46,330 nt of DNA, from the IMG/VR virus record IMGVR_UViG_3300038316_000169. One strand, given 5' to 3'. Every line of letters starts with the position of its first letter. Within the stretch, counting starts at the first letter, position 1. The notes under the pieces were generated by a model that was not told the origin of the DNA, ran no database searches, and saw nothing but the letters and a program-made list of their open reading frames with translations. The position numbers and the translations under genes are program-made. The DNA is from a virus. This document shows positions 1 to 8,624 of the stretch, one piece after another.

Positions 1-71
1 TAGAAGTCTATGTACAAACCAATGCAGCCGAAATAATGAGTTTTGCAAAGGCAACAAAATTGACGATGTGA
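1..71 (+). CDS. 3' end of a second copy of the 11617..11895 gene (partial, runs off the left edge)
   Basis: Bases 1-77 are identical to 11825-11901 and encode ...EVYVQTNAAEIMSFAKATKLTM*. Confidence 0.85.
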   Translation, partial: EVYVQTNAAEIMSFAKATKLTM

Positions 72-106
72 TATTATGACAGATTATTATCCAAAATATA
101 ACCCTT
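1..106 (+). repeat. Direct repeat of 11825..11917 (77 bp identical, 13 bp indel, then 16 bp identical)
   Basis: Direct sequence comparison. Confidence 0.95.
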
Positions 107-131
107 AAAAAATTATTGGAGCTAGGAGGAT

Positions 132-410
132 GTGTATATGAAACTCTTAAAACCAGATGCTACAACTGACGGAAGAATTATTTTTAATTTTGAACTGAAA
201 GGCAAGCTAAGAGGAAAAATCGTTACAATTGTAAAGGAAGTTCCTGACTACAAAAAAGCCACTTTAAAAGCCGCAAAAGATGAAGCTGTAGCCGAGGCAA
301 AAGCGATTGTAAAAGTAAAGAATGAAAATAAGAATAAAAGAGAAGCTGCATTAGCAGCGATTGTAGCTGCAGGAATTGTAGAAGAAGAAATAATAATAAC
401 ATTAAATTAA
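132..410 (+). CDS. Hypothetical Lys/Ala-rich protein
   Basis: ORF with GGAGG RBS at ~125-129. Confidence 0.6.
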   Translation: MYMKLLKPDATTDGRIIFNFELKGKLRGKIVTIVKEVPDYKKATLKAAKDEAVAEAKAIVKVKNENKNKREAALAAIVAAGIVEEEIIITLN

Positions 411-578
411 AATTTATACTGTGCTATATGCATAATTAGCAATTATCGATGTTTTGGTAATTTTCAACATATATTTTTTTATACGGTGGAACAATGGGCA
501 AATATTTCAAAACGTCAGACAGTAACTATCAAGAGAGGTTGAAATGGCAAATACGTACCCTTCAAACAGTCACCTAAC

Positions 579-1079
579 TTGGAAAGCTCTCTAAAAAGGC
601 TTAAAGTCCTTCAGAAAAGAGTATCAAGAAAACAGAAAGGTTCTAAGAACAGGGAAAAAGCTAAACAAAGGTTAGCTGTGCTTCACGATAAAATAACAAA
701 TCAGAGAAACGATTTTCAGAATAAACTCTCTTTTAGACTTGTTAGCGAAAACCAAGCAATCGCTCTGGAAACTCTGAATGTTAAAGGTATGGTTAAGAAT
801 CATCATTTAGCCCAGGCTATAAGTGATTCTGCATGGAGTAGCTTTGTAACGAAATTAGAGTATAAAGCTGAGTGGGCAGGAAAAACTATCTTAAGGATAG
901 GAAGATTTGAGCCTTCCTCTAAACTTTGTTCAGTTTGTGGATACCACAACTCTGAATTGACTCTCGAAATCAGAGAGTGGACTTGTCCTGACTGTAAAAC
1001 AAAGCACGACAGAGATATAAACGCCGCTATCAATATTAAAAAATTCTCTCTCATAGATCAAAACCTAATAGGGGTTTGA
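579..1079 (+). pseudogene. tnpB: 5'-truncated TnpB (IS200/IS605)
   Basis: Has the RuvC-II ALETL, CSVCG/CPDC zinc finger and HDRDINAAINI motifs; lacks the N-terminal half and RuvC-I Asp. Confidence 0.9.
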
Positions 1080-1187
1080 AACCTATTCAACACCTGCGGA
1101 ACGCGGGGAAGAGCTTGGGGACTTGCCCTCAGTAGAGGGAGGAATGAACCAAGAAGCCGCCGAGTCTTTAGCTCGGTGGTAGTTCAC
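1080..1187 (+). mobile_element. IS200/IS605 right end / omega-RNA region of the truncated element
   Basis: Subterminal hairpin ccgccgag-tcttta-gctcggtgg then tagttcac terminus directly after tnpB. Confidence 0.85.
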
Positions 1188-1683
1188 AAGTGCGGCAACT
1201 CCCCTAAAAAACGCTCTTCCTCTTTTTTAAAAAATGTGCTATTTATCACAATTTCTTTTCAATGTCGGCGGGCATTGTGGAAAATAACTATTTAAAGAAA
1301 TGTGCTAGAGGTCACAAATAAAAATACTTAAATATGTTGACGACTATCTGAGTTTCGGACCTCTCAAAATCCACTTCTGAACGAAAAACCGTTTAGACCC
1401 CTTTGTCGAATCTATTCCTTTGAAAAACAGCCGGTAGTTTTAGCCCAGGGAAACCGGAGCCATCCAAAACCCTGGGCGAATACTTTTCACTTCATTTTGA
1501 TAGGAAGTGACAAAGACTATTTTTCACATGCATAATATAAATAAGTTTTCTTTTCTAACATTTTATTTTTAACAGTTCGTAACATATATTAGAATATATA
1601 TTCAGTATGTAGAGTCTTGTTTTTCTATTGGAAAGCGTTGGATTATTTGGAAATATGGATTTTTATATTTATAGGGTTACAGT

Positions 1684-1793
1684 GTCAACTACCCCACGCT
1701 AAAGCTGTGGGGCTTGCGTTTCTATGTCTTAGTTTCCTAAGTTGACTGAATTCCTCCCCTGGCTAAAGCGCGGGGCTTCCTTCCTTCAACACT
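1684..1793 (-). mobile_element. 110 bp non-autonomous IS605 derivative (left end fused to right end)
   Basis: 1684-1741 is the exact reverse complement of 5435-5492; the rest resembles the left end at 4251-4300; TCAC target at 1794-1797 (minus strand). Confidence 0.9.
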
Positions 1794-1857
1794 GTGAAAT
1801 ATATTTGGGGATTTTTATTTAATTTTTTGGATAAGTAGGAAGGCTTATATACATAAG

Positions 1858-1881
1858 TTACGTATTACGTAGTACGTAATA
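1858..1881. promoter_or_regulatory. Palindromic operator next to a TATA box, upstream of the small regulator gene
   Basis: tattacgta-g-tacgtaata (1863-1881) plus an extra TTACGT half-site, just after cttatatac. Confidence 0.55.
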
Positions 1882-1906
1882 ATTACAAAGAGTAAATGGA
1901 GATATT

Positions 1907-2086
1907 ATGGCTGCAAAAGGTATCAAGGAAATATACCTCAAAGAAGAAGATTACGAAGTAATAAGAGACTTCGCAAACCGAACAAAACCAGCAGGCTGTA
2001 AACCGAAAAGGAACAGTGAGCTAGTTAAAGAAGCGTTTAAAATTGCGTTTGGGGTTGAATTTCCGAGTGATGCTGTAAGAGCATAA
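1907..2086 (+). CDS. Small ribbon-helix-helix/CopG-like regulator (59 aa, not in the ORF track)
   Basis: MAAKGIKEIYLKEEDYEVIRDFANRTKPAGCKPKRNSELVKEAFKIAFGVEFPSDAVRA; GGAG RBS; alternating beta-strand then two helices. Confidence 0.55.
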   Translation: MAAKGIKEIYLKEEDYEVIRDFANRTKPAGCKPKRNSELVKEAFKIAFGVEFPSDAVRA

Positions 2087-2189
2087 CAATAAATAAAAGA
2101 ATACTCATAAAAGAAGGTTAGAATATGGAAATAACAGGAGCCAACATAGTTACTACTATTTTTCAAAGAAATGAAGGGAGGGTTTAATT

Positions 2190-2468
2190 ATGCCCTACTT
2201 AGACCCATGCCCTGAAGATAACCCCAGTAATTTTAGGATTATCAAGCCGGGTTATTTTGAGGAATATCTTAAAGATAAGCCTCTAACCGATTGTCAAAAA
2301 CAATTCATTGAATGTATAAAAGACCCTGTAATTTTATCTTTGTTGAATCTGTTTCTCCTTGAGAAAGTTGTTCCATTATCCACGATTAAAGAGCAAGAGG
2401 GCGTTCTTGAAAATCTGAGTGAAGAGATGGAAAAATGGGTACATGAGAGGGGATTTGATGACCTCTAA
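2190..2468 (+). CDS. Hypothetical protein, replication module
   Basis: ORF with RBS, overlaps the start of the next gene. Confidence 0.6.
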   Translation: MPYLDPCPEDNPSNFRIIKPGYFEEYLKDKPLTDCQKQFIECIKDPVILSLLNLFLLEKVVPLSTIKEQEGVLENLSEEMEKWVHERGFDDL

Positions 2469-3126
2469 ACCGGGGCTTTTACTCATGGGGTCATCAAAAG
2501 AAAGGCAGTTTTTAGACTTGTGGAATGATCCCGAACTAAAGCCGGTAGTCGAAAATCAAATAGGTAAATACTTGCTTTCAGATACCGGGAGAAGCATAAT
2601 ATCAGACGTTTTTTACTCGATGCTTGGAGATACGAGATTACTCAAGCGGGTTGGGCTTCTCGAAGCGTTTACCGGGCTTGACGTTGATTCTCATTGTGTC
2701 GGTTCTGATTGGGAATGGGAAGAAATGAGCACAATTGAAAGGGAGATGTACCCGGAGAATAAGAAAATCGTAGTACAACCTCTAAACGCTCAACTTTCTC
2801 TTATTGCTGATAGAATTAATGATGCTTCTTTGCCTGTCCTTCGTGAAACCGTTTTTTCTGGAAACGAAACGGCGGTGCGGGCAAGACTCCTTAAAGACCA
2901 TCTACCAGATGTTGACATGAGGAACGGAAAGAGGTTCTTAACATCTCAGGAAGTCCAAAAATACCTTTTACATGAGATTACAGAAGCTCACAGGACTACC
3001 GAGAAGGCAGCCCGGAAAGTTGCAAATGATGTGATGAAAAAAGCTTTCGAGATGTTTCCAGAAAGCCTGATACTTACGAAAAATAAGAAGAGACTTAACG
3101 TCATTGAATTATTAGAGAAACGCTAA
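2458..3126 (+). CDS. Putative replication/origin-binding protein
   Basis: Long ORF (likely start MTSKPG at 2458) directly followed by iteron-like repeats; function inferred from context only. Confidence 0.45.
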   Translation: MTSKPGLLLMGSSKERQFLDLWNDPELKPVVENQIGKYLLSDTGRSIISDVFYSMLGDTRLLKRVGLLEAFTGLDVDSHCVGSDWEWEEMSTIEREMYPENKKIVVQPLNAQLSLIADRINDASLPVLRETVFSGNETAVRARLLKDHLPDVDMRNGKRFLTSQEVQKYLLHEITEAHRTTEKAARKVANDVMKKAFEMFPESLILTKNKKRLNVIELLEKR

Positions 3127-3135
3127 CAGGATCAC

Positions 3136-3440
3136 CGTAACCGCGTGGTTACGCTTAGCGTAACTGGCGTAACCAGTTACTCACGCTAATCAACTCATCT
3201 AACCAAGAAAACATGAGAAAAATAAGGGTTTTGAAAGATATGTGATAAAAGATAATAATACTCTAAAAATAAAGAAGAAAACTTGACTAAAAATGTCGTT
3301 TAACTTCTTTGAATATTATAGATATAATAACACGAATAGATTATAATGTAATACAATTTCATGTTTTAGATTGGTAAGATTGGAGTTTCCCGGTTACAGT
3401 TTTTCTTTGTAGCGTAACGGCGTGGTTACGCTGGTTACGC
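3136..3440. promoter_or_regulatory. Putative replication origin: two GTAAC/GTTAC repeat clusters flanking an AT-rich spacer
   Basis: Nine GTAAC/GTTAC cores; 20 bp dyad cgtaac(c/g)gcgtggttacgct at 3136-3155 and 3413-3432 (19/20 identical). Confidence 0.6.
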
Positions 3441-3465
3441 AAAAAAACTATCTAAAAATATCGAG

Positions 3466-3786
3466 ATGATTATCATGCGTTTAATGAGTGTCCCAGAATC
3501 CAAATATCATTATCTTCCAGCAAAAATTAAGTTAAAACGGGCTAAAATGTTCGTAAAGCTTGGAATTATCTTAGATCTTAATATATTTCTAAATTCCAAT
3601 CTTAAAAAAGTAATAGATTACATGGAACTTCATATGCTCGAAGACGATTTCGAGTACATGACAATTGAAGAGTTGATCCTTTTAAGAGGTCTAGGTTTCC
3701 TTGATAATTCAAAGATTTATGAATTGTTTCCTGAAGAATTTGATTATCTTGAGGGGATACCTGTTTTAATGTGGGATGAATTATAA
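3466..3786 (+). CDS. Hypothetical protein
   Basis: ORF track, coding-like composition. Confidence 0.5.
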   Translation: MIIMRLMSVPESKYHYLPAKIKLKRAKMFVKLGIILDLNIFLNSNLKKVIDYMELHMLEDDFEYMTIEELILLRGLGFLDNSKIYELFPEEFDYLEGIPVLMWDEL

Positions 3787-3819
3787 TATAACATCATTTA
3801 AAAAATTGGAGCCAAAATT

Positions 3820-4182
3820 ATGTTACTTTCATCTAATATATCTTGTATTTTTCAAGTTCCAACTATCAAGACTCTAAGCTCTCTGGAGGAAGTCAAAGAC
3901 CCTTCATTTCCATTCGATGTAAAACTCCATTTCAGACAAAGACCGGACCACTGGAAAGAAGTTCAGGCTTATAGATTTGAAAACAAAATTCACTATACAA
4001 GAGATGCAGAAACGGAATACGTTAAGCACAAAATAGAGCTTCTCAATAACGATCTTTCCTTATATCTTCGCAAATATCCTGACGTGGATGAAGCTTTCCA
4101 GGCGTTCAATAAATCCATGAAGGGGTATGTTCTTACATATGGAGAAGGGCTTATCAGGAGGGCTTTAAAACGGCTCGCGTAA
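3820..4182 (+). CDS. Hypothetical protein
   Basis: ORF track, operon context. Confidence 0.55.
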   Translation: MLLSSNISCIFQVPTIKTLSSLEEVKDPSFPFDVKLHFRQRPDHWKEVQAYRFENKIHYTRDAETEYVKHKIELLNNDLSLYLRKYPDVDEAFQAFNKSMKGYVLTYGEGLIRRALKRLA

Positions 4183-4250
4183 TCATGCCTTCAGTTGAAG
4201 TATATAATCCTGATTACAAGATGTCTTATCCTGGTCCAGAAGCGTATCAC

Positions 4251-5492
4251 GGTCAGAAGGAAGGAAGCCCTGATGCTTTAGCACAGGGAGGAATTCCGTC
4301 AACTTAACACAAGGCACAAATGTATAAATACTATAGAATCATATACTCTATAGCAAAGGTGTATAACATGCTTCTAACCGTAAAGTCTAAACTGATAACT
4401 GATAAAGAGCAACATGATAAGTTATTAAAGACTATGGAAAAATTCAATGAAGCATGTAATTTTATTTCTGTTTTTGCTTTCAAGAAAAAGTTATTCGGTA
4501 AGGTTGGAATTCAGAAAGAACTCTATTATGAAATAAGAGAAAAATACGGATTATCTGCTCAAATGACAGTTAGAGCAGTCGGTAAAGTTGCTGAATCCTA
4601 TAAAGTAGACAGAAACACACTTCATGAATTTGATCCACATGGTGCTATTGTCTATGATCAGAGAATTCTGTCATATAGGTCAGCCGATGTAATATCTATC
4701 CTTACATTAGATGGTAGAATAGAGGTTGGTATCCAATACGGTGAATACCGAAAGCTGGAAGCTAATAGAGTCAGAGGGCAGGCTGATCTTATCTACAAAA
4801 ATGGAACTTTCTATCTAATGATAGTAGTAGATCTTCCAGATGCAGAACCAATCCTCCCAGATGGTGTATTAGGTGTGGACTTGGGTATTGTTAATCTGGC
4901 TACAACATCAGATGGTGAAAATTATTCCGGTGAAAAATGTACCAAAGTCAGGCAGAAATACGCGAAAGTAAAATCTGTCCTGCAATCAGTAGGTACAAAG
5001 TCCGCAAAGAAACATCTGAGAAAAATTAGTGGAAAAGAAAGAAGATTCAAAAAAGATACTAATCATTGTATTTCTAAGAAAATAGTACAAACAGCTAAAG
5101 ACACAAATCGAGCTATTGCTCTGGAAGATCTTTCAGGCATTAGAGAGAGTGTAACGGTTTCAAAAGCTGTTAGAGAATCAATTGGAAAGTGGGCTTTTCT
5201 TGAATTAAGGAACTTCATAGAATACAAAGCAAAATTGTTAGGAGTTCCTGTAATACCTATTGATCCTCGAAATACTTCAAGAGAGTGTTCTGTTTGTGGT
5301 TATATCGACAAAAAGAACAGAAAGAATCAGGCATCTTTCGTTTGCCTTGAATGTGGACATACGGAAAATGCTGATTTCAATGCGGCTAAAAATATAGCTT
5401 CTAGGGCTGTCGTCAATCAGCCTATTGTGTTCTGCTTAGGAAACTAAGACATAGAAACGCAAGCCCCACAGCTTTAGCGTGGGGTAGTTGAC
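4251..5492 (+). mobile_element. IS200/IS605-family (IS1341-like, tnpB only) element
   Basis: TCAC target at 4247-4250, left-end hairpin, tnpB, right-end hairpin ending GTTGAC. Confidence 0.92.
4320..5447 (+). CDS. tnpB: TnpB RNA-guided nuclease, apparently intact
   Basis: GVDLG / ALEDL / NADFNAAKNI RuvC residues and CSVC-CLEC zinc finger. Confidence 0.95.
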   Translation: MYKYYRIIYSIAKVYNMLLTVKSKLITDKEQHDKLLKTMEKFNEACNFISVFAFKKKLFGKVGIQKELYYEIREKYGLSAQMTVRAVGKVAESYKVDRNTLHEFDPHGAIVYDQRILSYRSADVISILTLDGRIEVGIQYGEYRKLEANRVRGQADLIYKNGTFYLMIVVDLPDAEPILPDGVLGVDLGIVNLATTSDGENYSGEKCTKVRQKYAKVKSVLQSVGTKSAKKHLRKISGKERRFKKDTNHCISKKIVQTAKDTNRAIALEDLSGIRESVTVSKAVRESIGKWAFLELRNFIEYKAKLLGVPVIPIDPRNTSRECSVCGYIDKKNRKNQASFVCLECGHTENADFNAAKNIASRAVVNQPIVFCLGN

Positions 5493-5621
5493 TTCCCAAC
5501 AGGCCCATCTCATACTTCTCCTTGTATGGCGTCGTATTGGAGGTCAATACCAATCCGACCAGGGGAAAAACAAGATGAAAATGAGTATTGAACATTCCTT
5601 TGAATACACGAGGTGTTAACA

Positions 5622-5876
5622 ATGTCAAAATCACCAACATTAGCTTTAATCTTGTCCATAGTCCCAGGCTTAGGCCACGTCTACGCTATGGGTACAGCAG
5701 GAATCCCAAGAGCACTTGTGTTCTTGGGTAGTATAGGTATCTCAATCTGGTTCTGCCTGATCCTCATAGGGTTCATCATGGTTCCTATCCTGTGGATCTG
5801 GTGTGCTGTTGATGCAATGGGTATGGCAGCTAGAGCAAACCAGGGACTAAATAAAAATACTACTTTTGGAGTGTGA
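5622..5876 (+). CDS. TM2-like small membrane protein
   Basis: KSPTLALILSIVPGLGHVY motif, two hydrophobic helices, W..DA motif. Confidence 0.65.
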   Translation: MSKSPTLALILSIVPGLGHVYAMGTAGIPRALVFLGSIGISIWFCLILIGFIMVPILWIWCAVDAMGMAARANQGLNKNTTFGV

Positions 5877-5898
5877 ATTATTTTTTTTCTAAAATTCA

Positions 5899-5914
5899 GT
5901 TAACGCCGTTAACA
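5899..5914. promoter_or_regulatory. Dyad motif GTTAAC-N3-GTTAAC upstream of terS (related copies at 8261 and 31502)
   Basis: gttaacgccgttaaca. Confidence 0.5.
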
Positions 5915-5941
5915 CTATTACATTTAAAATTAATATATCAA

Positions 5942-6424
5942 ATGGGAATTCCTATGACTACAATCAAGAAAAAAACGAAGAAAAAAAGGGTAAAACCTCC
6001 ACGAAATCCCGAAGTTTTCAGATGGACTCCGCAACGCAAAAAAGCTGCATTATTATTATCAATCGGCACTAAAAATTATGAAGAAGTAGCTGCAGAGGTT
6101 CGGGTCCACATCTCAACCCTCTGGGAATGGCGGAAAAATCCAATCTTCCTCAAGGAAGTCGACAGGCTCACCCTCGAAAACGAATTGGCAACCAGGGCAG
6201 GCCTTCTCCGGGAATGCATCAAAGGCCTTGACCTGAAACGAGACAAAATTGAAAATGACAAGAACACTCATCTCCATTACGTCCAGGCAATAGCTGACCT
6301 CCAGGGTCTGACAAAACAAAAGGTCGAACTTGATGCTAATATGAACCACACCGGCGGAGGCGCAGTAACGATATACATTCCAGACAACGGGCGGGATAAA
6401 AAACAAAATGACGAACAAGAATAG
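5942..6424 (+). CDS. terS: Terminase small subunit (N-terminal HTH)
   Basis: HTH YEEVAAEVRVHISTLWEWRK; overlaps terL start; typical C-terminal ..VTIYIPDNGR. Confidence 0.75.
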   Translation: MGIPMTTIKKKTKKKRVKPPRNPEVFRWTPQRKKAALLLSIGTKNYEEVAAEVRVHISTLWEWRKNPIFLKEVDRLTLENELATRAGLLRECIKGLDLKRDKIENDKNTHLHYVQAIADLQGLTKQKVELDANMNHTGGGAVTIYIPDNGRDKKQNDEQE

Positions 6425-7832
6425 TCCTGATAAGGAGATCCGTCCTCAACCAGGACCCCAAGAATTTTTTCTTTCTTCTCCGGCTGACATTATCATATAT
6501 GGCGGGAGTGCGGGCTCTGGAAAATCTTTTGTACTTCTTATCGAGCCTCTCAGACATATACACGTAAAAGGATTCACAGCTAATATTTTCAGAAGGACAT
6601 ATCCTCAGATCATGAACGAAGGTGGCCTGTGGTCCACATCTCAGGAAATCTATCCTTACGTTGGAGGAAAGCCCAGGGAAGCAGATGTGCGCTGGAAATT
6701 TCCTTCCGGAAACTCTATCAAATTCGCTCACCTCGAGCATGAGAAATCAAAACTGGAATACCAAGGCTCTCAGATCTGCTATATTGGTTTTGACGAATTA
6801 ACACATTTCAGCGAAGGCCAATTTTTCTATCTTCTCTCCAGGAACCGTTCAACCTGTGGGGTCAAACCTTACGTTAGAGCAACCTGCAACCCGGACCCGG
6901 ATAGTTGGGTAGCTCAGTTTATTGCATGGTGGATAAATCAGGACACAGGCTACCCAATCCCTGAACGCTCCGGTGTAATCCGTTATTTTGTTCGCCATGG
7001 TGACGCTATCTATTGGGGTGATAGTACCACGGAACTATGGGAACAGGTACAAGACAGAATGACCATAGAAGACTTTCATCCCACTTCATTCACTTTCATT
7101 TCTGCAAGGCTTGAAGACAATCCAGCACTCACAAGCAAAGACCCAGGATATAGAGGTAGGCTTCTTTCTCTCCCTCTAGTGGACCGCGAAAGACTTCTAG
7201 GCGGCAACTGGAAAATAAGAGCAAGTGCCGGGAATATGTTTAAGTCGGAATGGTTCAAGTTTCTCGAAGCTAGGGAAATACCCTGTAATCCTCAAGACTT
7301 GAAGAAAGTCCGATGGTGGGATACAGCAGCCACAGAACCAAATAAAGATAATCCTAATCCCGATTGGACGATAGGCGTACTCATGGGTGAGCACAAAGGC
7401 GAGTATTTCATTCTCGATGTTCAACGTTTTAGGAAGAGTCCGGCAGCCACAGAAGAGGCTATGAGAACAACGGCAGAAATGGACGGTAAAACTGTAGAAA
7501 TCGGAATGGAGCAAGAGCCAGGGAGCGCAGGGAAGCGAGAGGCTGAACGTTTTAAGCGGTCCATATTCGCGGGATATTCTTTCCGGGCAGAACTTTCAAC
7601 AGGGGATAAAGTTACAAGGGCTAAACCCTTCTCTTCTGCTTGTGAAAATGGATTAGTCCATTTAGTCAGAGGTTCTTGGAATTATGATTTTATTTCTACT
7701 CTTGTTAATTTCCCTGATGCTCAGTATCACGATGATGATGTAGACGCAGCGAGTGCAGCACATAGTTATCTATCTAGGAAGATAAACAGTAATTTTAGTC
7801 TTTCTGGATTGGTAAGGACAAAAAGGCGATAA
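6408..7832 (+). CDS. terL: Terminase large subunit
   Basis: Walker A YGGSAGSGKS, Walker B FDEL, ATCNP coupling motif, C-terminal RNase H-like WDTAA...HDDDVDA. Confidence 0.95.
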   Translation: MTNKNSPDKEIRPQPGPQEFFLSSPADIIIYGGSAGSGKSFVLLIEPLRHIHVKGFTANIFRRTYPQIMNEGGLWSTSQEIYPYVGGKPREADVRWKFPSGNSIKFAHLEHEKSKLEYQGSQICYIGFDELTHFSEGQFFYLLSRNRSTCGVKPYVRATCNPDPDSWVAQFIAWWINQDTGYPIPERSGVIRYFVRHGDAIYWGDSTTELWEQVQDRMTIEDFHPTSFTFISARLEDNPALTSKDPGYRGRLLSLPLVDRERLLGGNWKIRASAGNMFKSEWFKFLEAREIPCNPQDLKKVRWWDTAATEPNKDNPNPDWTIGVLMGEHKGEYFILDVQRFRKSPAATEEAMRTTAEMDGKTVEIGMEQEPGSAGKREAERFKRSIFAGYSFRAELSTGDKVTRAKPFSSACENGLVHLVRGSWNYDFISTLVNFPDAQYHDDDVDAASAAHSYLSRKINSNFSLSGLVRTKRR

Positions 7833-7833
7833 C

Positions 7834-8193
7834 ATGGACGAATACAAAGATCTAAAATCAATAATCGACGAAGCAACTGGAGTACACAAAGACGCAACTA
7901 GAGACAGACCGTACGACGGACAACCACATACTTCCGAAGGGATACGAGGGAAAACCTTAGTCGAAGGTCTTACCATGCGAGATGTAGCTGACTGTATGGC
8001 CATTGGATTACTCGAAGCATCCGGTATACCAGAATTACAGGACGCAGCAGAAAGAGGAATATGGACATACAACGACCTGTATAAGCTCGAAGATTTTGAT
8101 CCTGTTGCAGCCATTCAATGTATGGGGTGCAACCTCGAAAAGATGATGGGGATTTATCCAAACGTTCCGAAATTGCACTTTGAAGATAAATAA
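7834..8193 (+). CDS. Hypothetical viral protein
   Basis: ORF abutting terL. Confidence 0.65.
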   Translation: MDEYKDLKSIIDEATGVHKDATRDRPYDGQPHTSEGIRGKTLVEGLTMRDVADCMAIGLLEASGIPELQDAAERGIWTYNDLYKLEDFDPVAAIQCMGCNLEKMMGIYPNVPKLHFEDK

Positions 8194-8260
8194 TTCATTT
8201 TTTTCTTATTTTTTCCAATAAATACCACACATTTTTATACAAAAACACCCATATTTCTAT

Positions 8261-8276
8261 TGTTAACGGCGTGAAC
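8261..8276. promoter_or_regulatory. Dyad motif copy about 20 nt downstream of a TATA box (TTTATAC, ~8234)
   Basis: tgttaacggcgtgaac. Confidence 0.5.
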
Positions 8277-8299
8277 AACTAAAAGAAGGCGGTCATCTT

Positions 8300-8620
8300 A
8301 TGGACTTCATAGCTCTCCAAGAATCTATCTATTTTATCTCAGGCATTCTCGCGGCTGCAGCAGGCGCATATGGCACGATGAAAACACAGGGTAAGGTAAT
8401 CTATCCTATCCAAAAAATTGAATCAGGAAAAGCCCGGATAAAAGCTCTCATCGAACAACAGGAGGCAGCCGGGCAGGTCATTGACATACTTGATAACATT
8501 TCTCCCGCAGAATTGAACGCAATTCTTGAGAAAGCGAAGGTTCTGTCTGATGATGGATTCAGCGCAGCCGAAGCGCAGGAATTAGGCGTTATGATTGTGA
8601 CAGCAGTTAAGGAAAAGTGA
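8300..8620 (+). CDS. Membrane-anchored protein upstream of portal (holin-like, unproven)
   Basis: N-terminal hydrophobic helix and helical C-terminus. Confidence 0.55.
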   Translation: MDFIALQESIYFISGILAAAAGAYGTMKTQGKVIYPIQKIESGKARIKALIEQQEAAGQVIDILDNISPAELNAILEKAKVLSDDGFSAAEAQELGVMIVTAVKEK

Positions 8621-8624
8621 ATGC

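Larger units (their letters stand above)
4185..5591 (+). pseudogene. Small ORF split by an IS (4185-4250 + 5493-5591; 54 aa when rejoined)
   Basis: Removing 4251-5492 gives the open frame MPSVEVYNPDYKMSYPGPEAYH|FPTGPSHTSPCMASYWRSIPIRPGEKQDENEY*. Confidence 0.5.

Noticed and set aside
7198-7220. ggcggcaactgg (GGNW) as a DGR template repeat
   Set aside because: Lies within terL; similarity does not extend beyond 12 nt
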